The position numbers were made by a program, and so were the translations under genes. A stretch of 64,000 nt of DNA from Nanobdellota archaeon (GTDB taxonomy: Archaea; Nanobdellota; Nanobdellia; Woesearchaeales; GW2011-AR4): the NCBI GenBank assembly GCA_038046385.1, contig JBBSWH010000011.1, positions 56,731-120,730 on the forward strand, given 5' to 3'. The notes beneath the pieces are model-generated. The model was not told the origin of the DNA. It did no database searches and was given only the letters and a program-made list of their open reading frames with translations. This document shows, piece after piece, positions 27,704-38,041 of this stretch. Position 1 is the first letter of the stretch, and each line of letters opens with the position of its first letter.

Positions 27704-29239
27704 TCACTCAACAATCTTCCCTAACTTGCTTAACTCCTCCCCCTCAAACATCCTTATAATCACGTCTTTCAGTTCAGTAATCTTAACGCGAGCTTGTTCT
27801 GTTGTATCTCTAGACCTTATCGTAACAGTCTCATCTTCCAAACCTTCAAAATCTATCGTAATACAGGCATAAGCTCCAATCTCATCCATTCTTGCGTACC
27901 TTCTTCCGATTGAGCCGGAAACGTCAAAAGAGCAAGTCCATTCTTTCTTGAGCATGTTATAGACTTCTCTTGCCTTGTCAACAACTTCTTTCTTGTTAGA
28001 CACAAGTGGAAACACTCCTAATTTGACAGGCGCTAATTTAGGATGAAGTTTTAAAACAACATTCTCCCTTGACTTGTCAAAATGATAAGCGTCAAACAAG
28101 AACACAAGGAAAGCCCTTTCAACACCCATCGAAGGCTCGCAGATTACATGCGGAATTATCTTTTTCTTTGTTTCCTCATCAAATATTGAAAGATCAGTTT
28201 TTGAATGCTCAATATGCTGCTTCAAATCAAAATCCGTTCTATTACTTAACCCTTGTAATTCTTTCCACCCAAAAGGAAATTCGTATTCCAAATCCCAAGT
28301 ATCAAGAGCATAATGCGATAATTCATCATGAACATGCTGCCTTATCCTGAAATGATCCGGTTTGACTCCAAGATTTACAAACCACTGGTGCATTGATGCC
28401 AGCCAGTAAGCGTGCCACTTTGTTTTTATTATCTTCTTAGACAAGCATTCTTTGATTGACATTTTTTCATGTTTCTTGCCATGACCCTGCATCTCTGCAG
28501 AATAAACATTCATTTCATGGTCAATTACATCATCAATGAAAGCGCATTCGTTTTGCTTTTCCGGATGAACAAAATATTCTATCTCCATCTGCTCAAATTC
28601 TCTCATTCTAAAGAGAAAATCTCTAGGAGAAATTTCATTTCTGAAGGATTTTCCGATTTGCGCAATTCCAAACGGAAGCTTCATCCGTGCATTTTCCTGC
28701 ACCAGTTTGAAATTTGCAAAAATAACCTGTGCAGTTTCAGGACGAAGATAAGCAACAGAACCGGAAACAGGACCGACATTCGTGGAGAACATCAAATTGA
28801 ACATCTTTGGCTCTCCAAGTTCTGCATTGCCGCACTTTGTACACCTTAATTTGTGCTCTTTTATTTTTGAATCCATATCTGAAATAGACATTCCTGCTGT
28901 CTCTATCTTCAGCTTGTCCTCTATCAAAGTGTCTGCCCTAAAACGTGCATTGCACTTCTTGCAGTCAACCAGCACATCTGTGAATCCATCAACGTGACCG
29001 GAAGCTTTCCACACAGTCGGATGGTTTACAATACTTCCGTCAATTCCGGCAATATCTTCCCTTTCCTGAACAAAAATCTTCCACCACTGCTGCTTGATGT
29101 TGTTTTTTAATTCAACGCCCAGATGACCAAAATCATAGAATCCCGATATGCCGCCGTAAATCTCAGAGTTTGGATACACAAATCCCTTTCTCTTGCAAAA
29201 AACAGCCATATCATCAATTGTAAGCTTTTGCTTTTCCAT
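27704..29239 (-). CDS. glyS: glycyl-tRNA synthetase (archaeal/eukaryotic alpha2 type)
   Basis: 'FVYPNSEIYGGISGFYDFGHLG' class II motif 1/2; insertion Zn-like 'CKKCN...CTKCG'. Confidence 0.9.
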   Translation of the reverse strand: MEKQKLTIDDMAVFCKRKGFVYPNSEIYGGISGFYDFGHLGVELKNNIKQQWWKIFVQEREDIAGIDGSIVNHPTVWKASGHVDGFTDVLVDCKKCNARFRADTLIEDKLKIETAGMSISDMDSKIKEHKLRCTKCGNAELGEPKMFNLMFSTNVGPVSGSVAYLRPETAQVIFANFKLVQENARMKLPFGIAQIGKSFRNEISPRDFLFRMREFEQMEIEYFVHPEKQNECAFIDDVIDHEMNVYSAEMQGHGKKHEKMSIKECLSKKIIKTKWHAYWLASMHQWFVNLGVKPDHFRIRQHVHDELSHYALDTWDLEYEFPFGWKELQGLSNRTDFDLKQHIEHSKTDLSIFDEETKKKIIPHVICEPSMGVERAFLVFLFDAYHFDKSRENVVLKLHPKLAPVKLGVFPLVSNKKEVVDKAREVYNMLKKEWTCSFDVSGSIGRRYARMDEIGAYACITIDFEGLEDETVTIRSRDTTEQARVKITELKDVIIRMFEGEELSKLGKIVE

Positions 29240-29278
29240 AATATAGAAAAATAATTAATTGGCTTATAAAATTTTGCT

Positions 29279-30208
29279 TTAAACAGCGCTTTTCTCATGA
29301 TTCAATTCTCTGTAAGACATCCAGAAGAAATAACCCACTATTGTAAAAGTAACGACTGGCGAAAACCATGAAGGAATGTGCTTCCCGAAGCTGTCAAGAA
29401 GCATTATCATTCCCAAGGCGAATATCGAGTACATCGCCCCGTTCTTCAGGTATTTGTATTTTTTGACATTTTCTATGTTGCTTACTGTTAATTGTCTTAC
29501 AACCAAAGCGCCTATCCCATTTCCTATTAATATCAGCGGTATTGACAAAGTAAATGCAAAAGCGCCAAGTATCCCGTCTATTGAAAATGTTGCGTCTATA
29601 ACTTCAAGATAAAGTATCTTGCTTAAATCACTCATCTTGTTGCCTTCAATCATCCTTTTCTCAGCCTGCTCTGCATTCTCCTTGAAGCCGTGCGTTATGA
29701 AAAAAGCAGTCGAGCCGACAACAGCGCCAAATGCCATGAAAGGATTTTTTTCCATTGAAAACCACACAATTGCTGTCAAGATTACAGAAACAACTGCAAA
29801 AAACCACACTCCCTGTTTGTGAATAAATCTTTCTCCCTGCAGCCCATAATGCTTTTCCTCAAGGAAAATCCAGTGGAAAAACAAGAATACCAGGAATGTG
29901 CCTCCTCCTGTCAGTAATATGGGAGACGACGCTTCTATGACCTCGGCTATATGAGGATCTCCGGAAAATGAGGCTGTAAACGCTTCTATCGGGCCTATCC
30001 CTGGCGTGCTTAGCCATACAATAAGCCAAGGCAACACCCCTCTGACAAGAAAAACTGCAATCAGTATTCCCCAGAGAAGAAACCATTTTCTTCCTTTTTT
30101 GGACATTGTGCCGAGAACTTCAGCGTTTATTATTGCGTTGTCCACGCTGATTATTACTTCAAAGAGGATTAATCCTCCAACTATAAATAATGCCGAAAAA
30201 AGGTCCAT
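29279..30208 (-). CDS. TerC/DUF475-family integral membrane protein
   Basis: 'ISVDNAIINAEVLG' motif; multiple TM helices. Confidence 0.65.
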   Translation of the reverse strand: MDLFSALFIVGGLILFEVIISVDNAIINAEVLGTMSKKGRKWFLLWGILIAVFLVRGVLPWLIVWLSTPGIGPIEAFTASFSGDPHIAEVIEASSPILLTGGGTFLVFLFFHWIFLEEKHYGLQGERFIHKQGVWFFAVVSVILTAIVWFSMEKNPFMAFGAVVGSTAFFITHGFKENAEQAEKRMIEGNKMSDLSKILYLEVIDATFSIDGILGAFAFTLSIPLILIGNGIGALVVRQLTVSNIENVKKYKYLKNGAMYSIFALGMIMLLDSFGKHIPSWFSPVVTFTIVGYFFWMSYRELNHEKSAV

Positions 30209-30286
30209 TTTTACATAATAATTATTTTAATTTAAAAGTGTTTTGTTTTCAATAACTTAATAAAACCGTAAATCTTCCTTTCTAAT

Positions 30287-31501
30287 ATGCATCCTTTTAC
30301 TCATAAATACAGGCCAAAGAATACAAAAGATATAATTGGCCAGGAAGAGAATTTAACCCAGTTAAGGGATTTTATTTTAAATTTCACAAAACACAAAAAG
30401 AATTCTGCATTTGTTTACGGTCCAAGCGGAACAGGAAAAACCTCATCGGTTTATGCGATTGCATCTGACCTGGGCCTGGAAATAATTGAAGTCAACGCAT
30501 CTGATTTCAGAAATGCAGATCAGGTAAACCAGAAAGTTGGCAACGCAATAAAGCAGCAAAGCCTTTTTGCAAAAAGCAAATTAATTCTTGTTGACGAAGT
30601 TGACGGGCTATCAGGCCATCAGGACAGGGGAGGAATTCAGGCAATCATAAAACTGATAGAAGAATCAAAATATCCTATAATTCTCACTGCAACAAACCCT
30701 TTTGACAACAAATTTTCATCATTAAGATCAAAATCCCTGATGGTTGAATTCAAAGGCCATGATTACATGTCAATCTTTGCAATTCTAAAAAACATTTGCG
30801 AAAAGGAAAAAATAAAGCATGATGATGAAACTTTAAAATCACTTTCAAGAAGATCAGGCGGAGACGCACGCGCTGCAATCAACGATTTGCAGAACATTGC
30901 AAATGAAAAAAAAGAGCTGGTTAAGGAAAGCATTTTGGAATTAGAGGACAGGCAGAAGACCGAAAACATAATGACTGCACTGAATAAAATTTTTAAGACA
31001 ACAGATCTGAAAATTGCAATTTCTGCGTTTGACAATGTTGACGAAGATTTAGACGAGCAATTATTGTGGATAGACGAGAATCTGCCGAAAGAATACACAA
31101 AAGCAAAAGACCTTGCAGAAGCATACGATAAATTAAGCAAAGCCGATGTCTTCAGCAGAAGGATCAGGAGATGGCAGCACTGGAGATTTCTTGTTTACAT
31201 CAATGCTTTGATAACCGCTGGAATCGCTTCTTCAAAAGATGAGCGCTACAAGGAGCTTGTTTCATATAAACCAACAGGAAGAATCTTGAAATTGTGGTGG
31301 GCAAAGCAGAAGGCCGCAAAGAAAAAAAGCATTGCAGAGAAGATTGGGACAAAGACGCACGCGTCAACAAAAGACACTTTGAAAAGCACAATGCCTTACC
31401 TTCCAGTAATGTTCAGAAACAAGGAAATGAAATCTCAGCTGATACATGAGCTTGAGCTTGACGACGAAGAAGTTGAATGGCTTGAGAAGCAGATAAAATG
31501 A
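30287..31501 (+). CDS. rfcL: replication factor C large subunit
   Basis: 'KYRPKNTKDIIGQEE' RFC box II; Walker A 'GPSGTGKTS'; 'LILVDEVD'; SRC-like arginine region. Confidence 0.82.
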   Translation: MHPFTHKYRPKNTKDIIGQEENLTQLRDFILNFTKHKKNSAFVYGPSGTGKTSSVYAIASDLGLEIIEVNASDFRNADQVNQKVGNAIKQQSLFAKSKLILVDEVDGLSGHQDRGGIQAIIKLIEESKYPIILTATNPFDNKFSSLRSKSLMVEFKGHDYMSIFAILKNICEKEKIKHDDETLKSLSRRSGGDARAAINDLQNIANEKKELVKESILELEDRQKTENIMTALNKIFKTTDLKIAISAFDNVDEDLDEQLLWIDENLPKEYTKAKDLAEAYDKLSKADVFSRRIRRWQHWRFLVYINALITAGIASSKDERYKELVSYKPTGRILKLWWAKQKAAKKKSIAEKIGTKTHASTKDTLKSTMPYLPVMFRNKEMKSQLIHELELDDEEVEWLEKQIK

Positions 31502-31833
31502 AATTCATAACATCGGAAGAGCTTGCAAATTCAAAAGATAAAAATTTATTTCTTTTGGACATAAGGGACGATGACACATATTCTGATGGCCACATTGAAA
31601 ACTCTTTGCAGATTGACGTCTACATTGAGTTAAAGTTAGGAAACATAAAAAAAGTAAAAGAAAAGTTTTCACACCTTCCAAAAAACAAGACAATAATCAC
31701 AATTTGCAACGCAGGAATCACAGCGCAAAAAGCTTCTGCAGTTCTTGAAGAAATGGGATACAAAACAAAAGTCCTTGAAGGCGGGATGATGGCATGGGGC
31801 GGGAATAATCCTGTAAAGACCGGGTTTAAGTGA
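31498..31833 (+). CDS. rhodanese-domain sulfurtransferase
   Basis: active-site loop 'ICNAGITAQKA' with Cys; 111 aa; ATGA overlap with rfcL. Confidence 0.75.
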   Translation: MKFITSEELANSKDKNLFLLDIRDDDTYSDGHIENSLQIDVYIELKLGNIKKVKEKFSHLPKNKTIITICNAGITAQKASAVLEEMGYKTKVLEGGMMAWGGNNPVKTGFK

Positions 31834-31884
31834 AGTTTTGGATAAGCTAATTAAAGAAATAATCAAATCTGGATTGTTGATACA

Positions 31885-32199
31885 TCAAGCAATAATGCTT
31901 TTAGATAATGCCCAATTTATAGTTTTTAAAAGTGATAATCTCTGTGCTTCAGCGGCGCTAAGGGCTGTTGGATTAGACTCGCTCTCATTAACAGCGCGCT
32001 CAAGTTCTCCAAAATCAACTTCAGTGCCGGGCTTTATATCAAAAACAAACATTAAGGTTCTTTGTTCAGGAGTATACTTTCTCAATAAATGCCCAAATTT
32101 TATAACATAATCCATATCCTGGGACCTCCCGTATGGTGATGGTGCATCTGATGTTGTTACATTTGGCGTTGTCATACCTTCAGGGTAATCATATTTCAT
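31885..32199 (-). CDS. hypothetical protein (104 aa) with atypical composition, in the intergenic gap upstream of valS
   Basis: ORF; GC-richer than flanks; no family motif. Confidence 0.35.
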   Translation of the reverse strand: MKYDYPEGMTTPNVTTSDAPSPYGRSQDMDYVIKFGHLLRKYTPEQRTLMFVFDIKPGTEVDFGELERAVNESESNPTALSAAEAQRLSLLKTINWALSKSIIA

Positions 32200-32258
32200 T
32201 TATAAATCTAACTTTTAGAAACAATAAAATTAAAAACCGCCAATGTAAACTTCTGTTT

Positions 32259-34679
32259 ATGGAACTTTCAAAAAACTATAATCCGAAGGAATCAGAATTA
32301 AAATGGCTGGAGTTCTGGGAAAGGGAGAAAATATATTCTTTTAACCCGGACAGTGATGCAGAAATATTCTCAATAGACACTCCGCCGCCAACAGTTTCCG
32401 GCAAGATGCACATAGGACATTCGTTCTCATACTCTCAGCAGGATTTCATCGCAAGATTCCACAGAATGCGCGGAAAGAACATTTTCTATCCCTTTGGAAC
32501 AGATGACAACGGATTGGCTACAGAAAGAATGATAGAGAAAATGAAAAATGTAAAAGGCCAGTTCATGAAAAGAAAGGAATTTGTTGACTTATGCCTTAAA
32601 ACACTCGAAGAGATAAGGCCAGATTTTGTTATTGACTGGAAAAGAATCGGAATAAGCGCAGACTTCAACATCTTTTATACAACAATCAATGAGCATTCCC
32701 AAAAAACATCCCAGAATTCTTTTATTGACCTGTACAAAAAAAATAGAATTTACAGAAAAAAAGCCCCTATAATGTTTTGCCCAAACTGCATGACTGCAAT
32801 CGCCCAGGTCGAGATGAAAGATTCAGAAAGAGAATCAAATCTTGTTTACATAAAAGCAGATGTTGAAGGCACAAATGAGCATTTGGTTTTTGCAACAACA
32901 AGGCCGGAATTGATTTACGGCTGCGTCGGTGTTTCAGTTCATCCGGAAGACAAAAGATATTCTCATCTTATCGGAAAAAAAGTAAAAATTCCTTTAATCA
33001 GCAGAAGCGTTGAGTTGATTCCGGATGAAATGACAGATATGGAATACGGAAGCGGTGTTGTTTATTACTGCACTTATGGAGGTGTTGACTGCATAGACTG
33101 GATGATGCGCCATCCGAAAATAAGCCCTATTGATATAATGGGAACAGACGGAAGGTACAACGAGCATTCTGGAACAATAAAGGGGATGAAGAGCGGAGAA
33201 GCAAGAAAAAAAATAATTGAAGAGCTGGAAAAAGATGGCTCATTGGTCAAGCTGGAAAAAATAAAGCACACTGTTAATGTTCACGAAAGATGCGATACAG
33301 ACATAGAGTATGTATCGACGTGGCAATGGTACATAAGATACCTCGATCTTAAAGGGGATTTTATAAAAAAAGGCCGCGAGATAAAATGGTATCCCGACCA
33401 TATGCGTTCAAGATATGAGAACTGGATTAGCGGCTTAAAGTGGGACTGGAACATCTCAAGGCAGAGGCATTTTGGAGTACCGATACCGGTGTGGTTCTGT
33501 TCAAAGTGCAGCGAGATAAATGTTGCTGACGAAAAACAATTGCCAGTTGATCCGCTAGTTGACAAACCGATTCATAAGTGCAAGTGCGGCTCAGATGAAT
33601 TTATTCCTGAAAAGGATGTTCTCGACACATGGGCAACTTCATCTTTGACTCCGGACATTGCGATAGGCCTGTTTGACAAGAAAACACATTCAAAACTGTC
33701 TCCAATGAGCTTAAGGCCGCAGGCGCATGATATAATAACATTCTGGCTGTTCAATACTGTTGTTAAGAGTTATTTCCACCATAATGATGTTCCATGGAAA
33801 AACATAATGATCTCAGGCTGGGCTCTTGATCCGCACGGAAAGAAAATGAGCAAGAGCAAGGGAAATACTGTCGATCCAAGAGATGTTATTGGCAAGTATT
33901 CGGCAGATGCATTAAGGTTCTGGGCAGCTGGCTCAAGATTAGGCGACGATATGCCGTTCCAGGAAAAAGACCTTGTGACAGGCTCAAAGTTTACAACAAA
34001 AATATGGAATGCTTCAAAGTTTGCATTCATGCACCTTGTAGACTATAATCTTGAGAAGCCTGCAAAGCTTGAAGTAATGGACAGATGGATATTATCAAAA
34101 TTAAGCAAGATTGTAAAAGATGTTACAGAAAATTTTGAAAACTATGAATATTCGCATACAAAACTGGCGACAGAAACATTCTTCTGGCATACCTTCTGCG
34201 ACAACTATCTTGAACTTGTAAAAGACCGTTTTTATAACACCGAAACAAGGAGCAAAGACGAGAAAATATCTGCCCAGTACGGATTATATAATTCTCTTCT
34301 TACAGTAATAAAAATTATGGCGCCAATAATGCCGTTCATAACAGAAGAGCTTTATCAGACTTACTTCAGAAAGCACGATGGATCAAAAAGCGTTCATATC
34401 TCAAAATGGCCTGTGCTTGACATGGTTGACGAGCACGCAGAGCACATTGGTGATTTTGTGGTTGAAGTTGTAGAGTTCGCAAGAAAGAAAAAAACAGAAA
34501 AGCAGGTTTCATTAAAAACACCGATAAAGAAACTGACAATCAAAGCAAGCATAGAGGAAACAGATTTTGAAACGGTTGAAGCAGACATAAAAGCTGCAAC
34601 ATCCTCTGAAAACATCGTGTTTGAGCCGATGCGCGGCCACAATCCTGAGCACAAGACCGAGATAGAAATTGAGTTTTGA
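32259..34679 (+). CDS. valS: valyl-tRNA synthetase (class I; LeuRS not fully excluded)
   Basis: 'TPPPTVSGKMHIGH' (ValRS-type PPP-x-V-x-G HIGH), 'FGTDDNGLATE', CP1 'ATTRPELIYG', 'KMSKSKGN'; the ORF start at 32133 is probably upstream read-through and Met 32259 is the likely start. Confidence 0.7.
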   Translation: MELSKNYNPKESELKWLEFWEREKIYSFNPDSDAEIFSIDTPPPTVSGKMHIGHSFSYSQQDFIARFHRMRGKNIFYPFGTDDNGLATERMIEKMKNVKGQFMKRKEFVDLCLKTLEEIRPDFVIDWKRIGISADFNIFYTTINEHSQKTSQNSFIDLYKKNRIYRKKAPIMFCPNCMTAIAQVEMKDSERESNLVYIKADVEGTNEHLVFATTRPELIYGCVGVSVHPEDKRYSHLIGKKVKIPLISRSVELIPDEMTDMEYGSGVVYYCTYGGVDCIDWMMRHPKISPIDIMGTDGRYNEHSGTIKGMKSGEARKKIIEELEKDGSLVKLEKIKHTVNVHERCDTDIEYVSTWQWYIRYLDLKGDFIKKGREIKWYPDHMRSRYENWISGLKWDWNISRQRHFGVPIPVWFCSKCSEINVADEKQLPVDPLVDKPIHKCKCGSDEFIPEKDVLDTWATSSLTPDIAIGLFDKKTHSKLSPMSLRPQAHDIITFWLFNTVVKSYFHHNDVPWKNIMISGWALDPHGKKMSKSKGNTVDPRDVIGKYSADALRFWAAGSRLGDDMPFQEKDLVTGSKFTTKIWNASKFAFMHLVDYNLEKPAKLEVMDRWILSKLSKIVKDVTENFENYEYSHTKLATETFFWHTFCDNYLELVKDRFYNTETRSKDEKISAQYGLYNSLLTVIKIMAPIMPFITEELYQTYFRKHDGSKSVHISKWPVLDMVDEHAEHIGDFVVEVVEFARKKKTEKQVSLKTPIKKLTIKASIEETDFETVEADIKAATSSENIVFEPMRGHNPEHKTEIEIEF

Positions 34680-34728
34680 AATATTTCGACAGGTTTAAAA
34701 ATAAGATTCTATTCCTACTATTGGGTGG

Positions 34729-35247
34729 TTGATAATGAGTTTAGACAGTTTAACAGGAAGAGAATTTGAAAAACAGGAAAGAAGAAGGACAAAACGTGCA
34801 AGTGATAAAGCTACACGTCCTAGCCAAATACTTTTTGGCGACCAAACTACAGAAGTTATATACGGTAAAAGATTCTCGAGTGCTAACGGCACATTTAATC
34901 CAAATAAACGTCAAATTCATAAGGTGGACGGGTTAGTTGAAGCTGTAAAAAGCCCAAACCCGAAATGGATATACGCAGCGGAAATCTTACAGGATTTAGG
35001 TAAGTACAAAACATCAACATTTCCAAGCACTTCTTTTTATGAAGGGTTTTTGGTGCAAATGGGTGCTATTGTTTCTCAAAGGTTGCCGGTTGTCGTTTAC
35101 ATAGAAAGGAATGAAAGCAAATTACCAATTGGATATTCAATAAGACCATACCAACCGCATCAAAAAGCTGTAGCTCCAGTTATTGTTGAGGCTAGTGAAG
35201 GTGAACATCAGAAACCACCTTATGTACGCGAATCACGTCGTCGTTAA
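34729..35247 (+). CDS. hypothetical protein (172 aa), atypical codon usage (CGT-rich), SD 'ggtgg'
   Basis: ORF; ends '...cgtcgtcgttaa'; SD-like motif upstream. Confidence 0.5.
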   Translation: MIMSLDSLTGREFEKQERRRTKRASDKATRPSQILFGDQTTEVIYGKRFSSANGTFNPNKRQIHKVDGLVEAVKSPNPKWIYAAEILQDLGKYKTSTFPSTSFYEGFLVQMGAIVSQRLPVVVYIERNESKLPIGYSIRPYQPHQKAVAPVIVEASEGEHQKPPYVRESRRR

Positions 35248-35379
35248 ACAACATCATTGAGGACTTCAGTTGGAGTATGGTTAAGACAAAATTAGATTGT
35301 ATGATTCAGACTTTAAAAAAGTTTAAATATACTTAACCTAAATTATATTTTTTATATAACTTTTAGTGGAGGGTTTAAA

Positions 35380-35904
35380 ATGAGTTTAAAATTAATTTTG
35401 ACAAGAAATGAGAATATGAAGCCAAAGCCTGCAAGAACAAATTCCGGAATTCATGGGAATACTGTGTTGCAGTTAGAAGAAATAGGCGGTGTGGCTTCTT
35501 CTGGAGTTCCAACTAGTTTTAATGAAGATAGAATATTAGCAGAACACAGGGAATTAAACAGGATGGCTCCTAGTTTGTTTAAGAGACATCAATTGTCAGA
35601 TGTTGTTTACCTATTGGATGAGTACGGAATTGATGCAGTTATAGAAGGCTACCATGCATCACAAATAACTGGCTTTCCATTGGAATATGAAGTAATGATG
35701 TGCTCAACCCAGCCAGCAGACGATGGAAAAGATTTAATGGACCCGGACATTTTAGAAATAATGGTTCAAGACCAAAGCAGAGGACCACTAAGCCCAACAC
35801 CATGGGAGATATTTAGTCAAGGTGCTCATCGAATAGTCAAAAGAAAATCTTTGGTAGGACTCGGATTCGAGTATGGCTCAAAGCATCCTTTGGATTTGAC
35901 ATAA
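35380..35904 (+). CDS. hypothetical protein (174 aa), atypical codon usage, strong SD 'ggaggg'
   Basis: 'tagtggagggtttaaaATG'; no family motif. Confidence 0.5.
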   Translation: MSLKLILTRNENMKPKPARTNSGIHGNTVLQLEEIGGVASSGVPTSFNEDRILAEHRELNRMAPSLFKRHQLSDVVYLLDEYGIDAVIEGYHASQITGFPLEYEVMMCSTQPADDGKDLMDPDILEIMVQDQSRGPLSPTPWEIFSQGAHRIVKRKSLVGLGFEYGSKHPLDLT

Positions 35905-35940
35905 TTTTTTAATTTAAAAAAATCCAAATCAAACACTTCT

Positions 35941-36267
35941 CTAAGCAGCAATATCTTCAAGGCCAAGAGTGTATTTTACTATTACTCGTTCTGCTATGTA
36001 TTCTCCATTCCAGCGGAAAAAATCCGTATCACTTCTTAATCTAAGCTCACCTACTCTTGCAAATTCCTTGTTCAAATAATAATCAAAAGCCCTCATTTCA
36101 GTTTCAGATCTCTCTGGCCCGTCATTTCTTGCAATATTATTTGACCAAGTTCTGAAAGAGGCAAGGTACTTAGGAATATAATGCCTCAATCCGTTTTCAT
36201 CAAGACTCTGTGGTCTTGTAAAATCCCCAAAAAGAGTACTGGGACTTGTTAATACTGGTTCTGCCAT
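35941..36267 (-). CDS. hypothetical protein (108 aa), SD 'gaaggtggg' upstream
   Basis: ORF abutting the cysS start by 1 nt; SD motif. Confidence 0.45.
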   Translation of the reverse strand: MAEPVLTSPSTLFGDFTRPQSLDENGLRHYIPKYLASFRTWSNNIARNDGPERSETEMRAFDYYLNKEFARVGELRLRSDTDFFRWNGEYIAERVIVKYTLGLEDIAA

Positions 36268-36268
36268 T

Positions 36269-37663
36269 CTAACCCACCTTCCATCTTACACCCTCTTTTG
36301 TATCCTCAAGGATAACCCCTTTGCTTTTTAAAGTTTCCCTTATCTCATCCGCCTTTTTGAAGTTTTTCTCTTTTCGCGCTTTCTCTCTTTCATCAATCAT
36401 CTTTTGGACTTCAGAGTCGACTTCTTTTTGCTCTTCAAGAATCCCAAGGACTTTGTCAAAATCCTGCATTAATCCCATAATCTTATCAGCATCGTTCTTG
36501 CCAATCTTTCCTTCCATCATCAGCGTATTTATTTCTTTTACAAAATCAAAAACATGCGACAATGCTCCGCTTATGTTGATGTCATCATCCATTTCTTTCT
36601 CAAACAGCTTCTTTGTTTTGTCAATTAATTTTACAATATCTTTATTTTCATCATTATTTTTTATCTCATTCAATTTCAGCATAAAATCATTTAATCTTTG
36701 CACAGCGCTTTCAGACGCTTTTACAGCATCTTCTGTAAAATTCAATTGCATCCTGTAGTTTGCAGACAAAAGAAGGTACCTTATCGAGCTTGCCTTGTAC
36801 CCTTTTGCTAGCAAATCCCTTAAAGTGTAAAAATTGCCAAGAGACTTTGACATTTTCTTCCCTTCAACAAGAAGGTGCTCGTTATGTACCCAGTAGTTTG
36901 CAAAATGCTCGTGAGTATAAGCCTCGCTTTGCGCAATCTCATTCTCGTGATGCGGAAACACAAGATCTATTCCTCCGGCGTGTATGTCAAAATGGTTTCC
37001 AAGATGTTTTATTGACATTGCACTGCATTCTATATGCCATCCCGGCCTTCCTTTGCCTATTTCAGTGTCCCAGAAAACATTTCCATCATCTTTATCGTAC
37101 GATTTCCATAATGCAAAATCTTTTGCCTCTTCTTTTTCGTAAGAATCATGTTTTACCCTTGCGCCTTCCATCAAATCTGCAACTTTTGTTTTGGACAATT
37201 TTCCATAACCCTTGAATTTAGAAATATTGTAATAAACGCTTCCGTCATCGCTTTTGTAAGCAATTCCGTCTTCAAGCATTTTTTTTATCATGGAAACAAT
37301 TTCTTCGATATAATCAGTTGCTCTCGGAAAAACATCTGCTTTTGCTATGTTCAGCGCTTCCAAATCCTCGAAGAATGCCTTTTCATACCTTGAAGTATAC
37401 TCTTTCAATGAAATTTTTTCTTTGTTCGCGCCCTTTATTGTCTTGTCATCAACATCGGTTATGTTCATCACATGCTTGATATGGTATCCGGAGTACTTCA
37501 AATATCGCTTAAGAATATCACTGCATATGTAAGCCCTAAAGTTGCCGATGTGGGCATAATCATAAACAGTCGGGCCACAAGTATACATACCAACCATCTT
37601 GTCCTTTATCGGCTTGAAGGTTTCTTTCTTCCTTGTGAGGGTATTGTAAATTTTCAATGCCAT
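36269..37663 (-). CDS. cysS: cysteinyl-tRNA synthetase
   Basis: 'MYTCGPTVYDYAHIGNFRAY' (HIGH), Zn-binding Cys/His, 'KMSKSLGN'. Confidence 0.92.
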   Translation of the reverse strand: MALKIYNTLTRKKETFKPIKDKMVGMYTCGPTVYDYAHIGNFRAYICSDILKRYLKYSGYHIKHVMNITDVDDKTIKGANKEKISLKEYTSRYEKAFFEDLEALNIAKADVFPRATDYIEEIVSMIKKMLEDGIAYKSDDGSVYYNISKFKGYGKLSKTKVADLMEGARVKHDSYEKEEAKDFALWKSYDKDDGNVFWDTEIGKGRPGWHIECSAMSIKHLGNHFDIHAGGIDLVFPHHENEIAQSEAYTHEHFANYWVHNEHLLVEGKKMSKSLGNFYTLRDLLAKGYKASSIRYLLLSANYRMQLNFTEDAVKASESAVQRLNDFMLKLNEIKNNDENKDIVKLIDKTKKLFEKEMDDDINISGALSHVFDFVKEINTLMMEGKIGKNDADKIMGLMQDFDKVLGILEEQKEVDSEVQKMIDEREKARKEKNFKKADEIRETLKSKGVILEDTKEGVRWKVG

Positions 37664-37695
37664 TTTGGATTCATTGTCAAAATTCTTTAATAAGT

Positions 37696-37989
37696 TTATG
37701 ATACTTGGTGCACTTCTGCAAGATAATGCGGCTTTGAACCCCTAAATAGCTGCTCAGCCAATACAACTACATTATAATCCCTGCCGCCAGAAACTACTCT
37801 GTGTATTCCTGGCATTGGATTGGCAGATTCTATTGCTCCTAAAATATCTGACAAAGAAATGCCGGTATTTCTTGACATCTCATTATTTGAGTTGAATGCA
37901 ATTCCAGATGAATGAAAAACATTCCCTCCTGCATCCATGTAGCCTAATATTTGGTCATGGCATCCTATCATCATGTAACTTTCGCACAT
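37696..37989 (-). CDS. hypothetical protein (97 aa); possibly a gene fragment
   Basis: ORF only; slightly GC-richer. Confidence 0.3.
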   Translation of the reverse strand: MCESYMMIGCHDQILGYMDAGGNVFHSSGIAFNSNNEMSRNTGISLSDILGAIESANPMPGIHRVVSGGRDYNVVVLAEQLFRGSKPHYLAEVHQVS

Positions 37990-38041
37990 AGTATATCATC
38001 TCCGTTGATTTTTAGTTTTATCAAGTCAAAAATAAAAAAAG

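Noticed and set aside
28069-28849. Plus-strand ORFs 28069-28350 and 28469-28849 inside glyS
   Set aside because: They are antisense shadow ORFs.
32133-32258. N-terminal 42 codons of the ORF-track valS call
   Set aside because: Met 32259 (MELSKNYNPKESELKWLEFW...) matches aaRS N-termini, so the upstream part is probably read-through ORF. An alternative LeuRS assignment was considered, but the PPP-x-V-x-G HIGH context and GTDxxGxAT favour ValRS.
36321-37215. ORFs 36321-36758 and 36760-37215 (+) antisense to cysS, and similar antisense ORFs within nrdJ, glyS, valS and the giant genes
   Set aside because: They lie antisense to strongly supported conserved genes and have no motifs.
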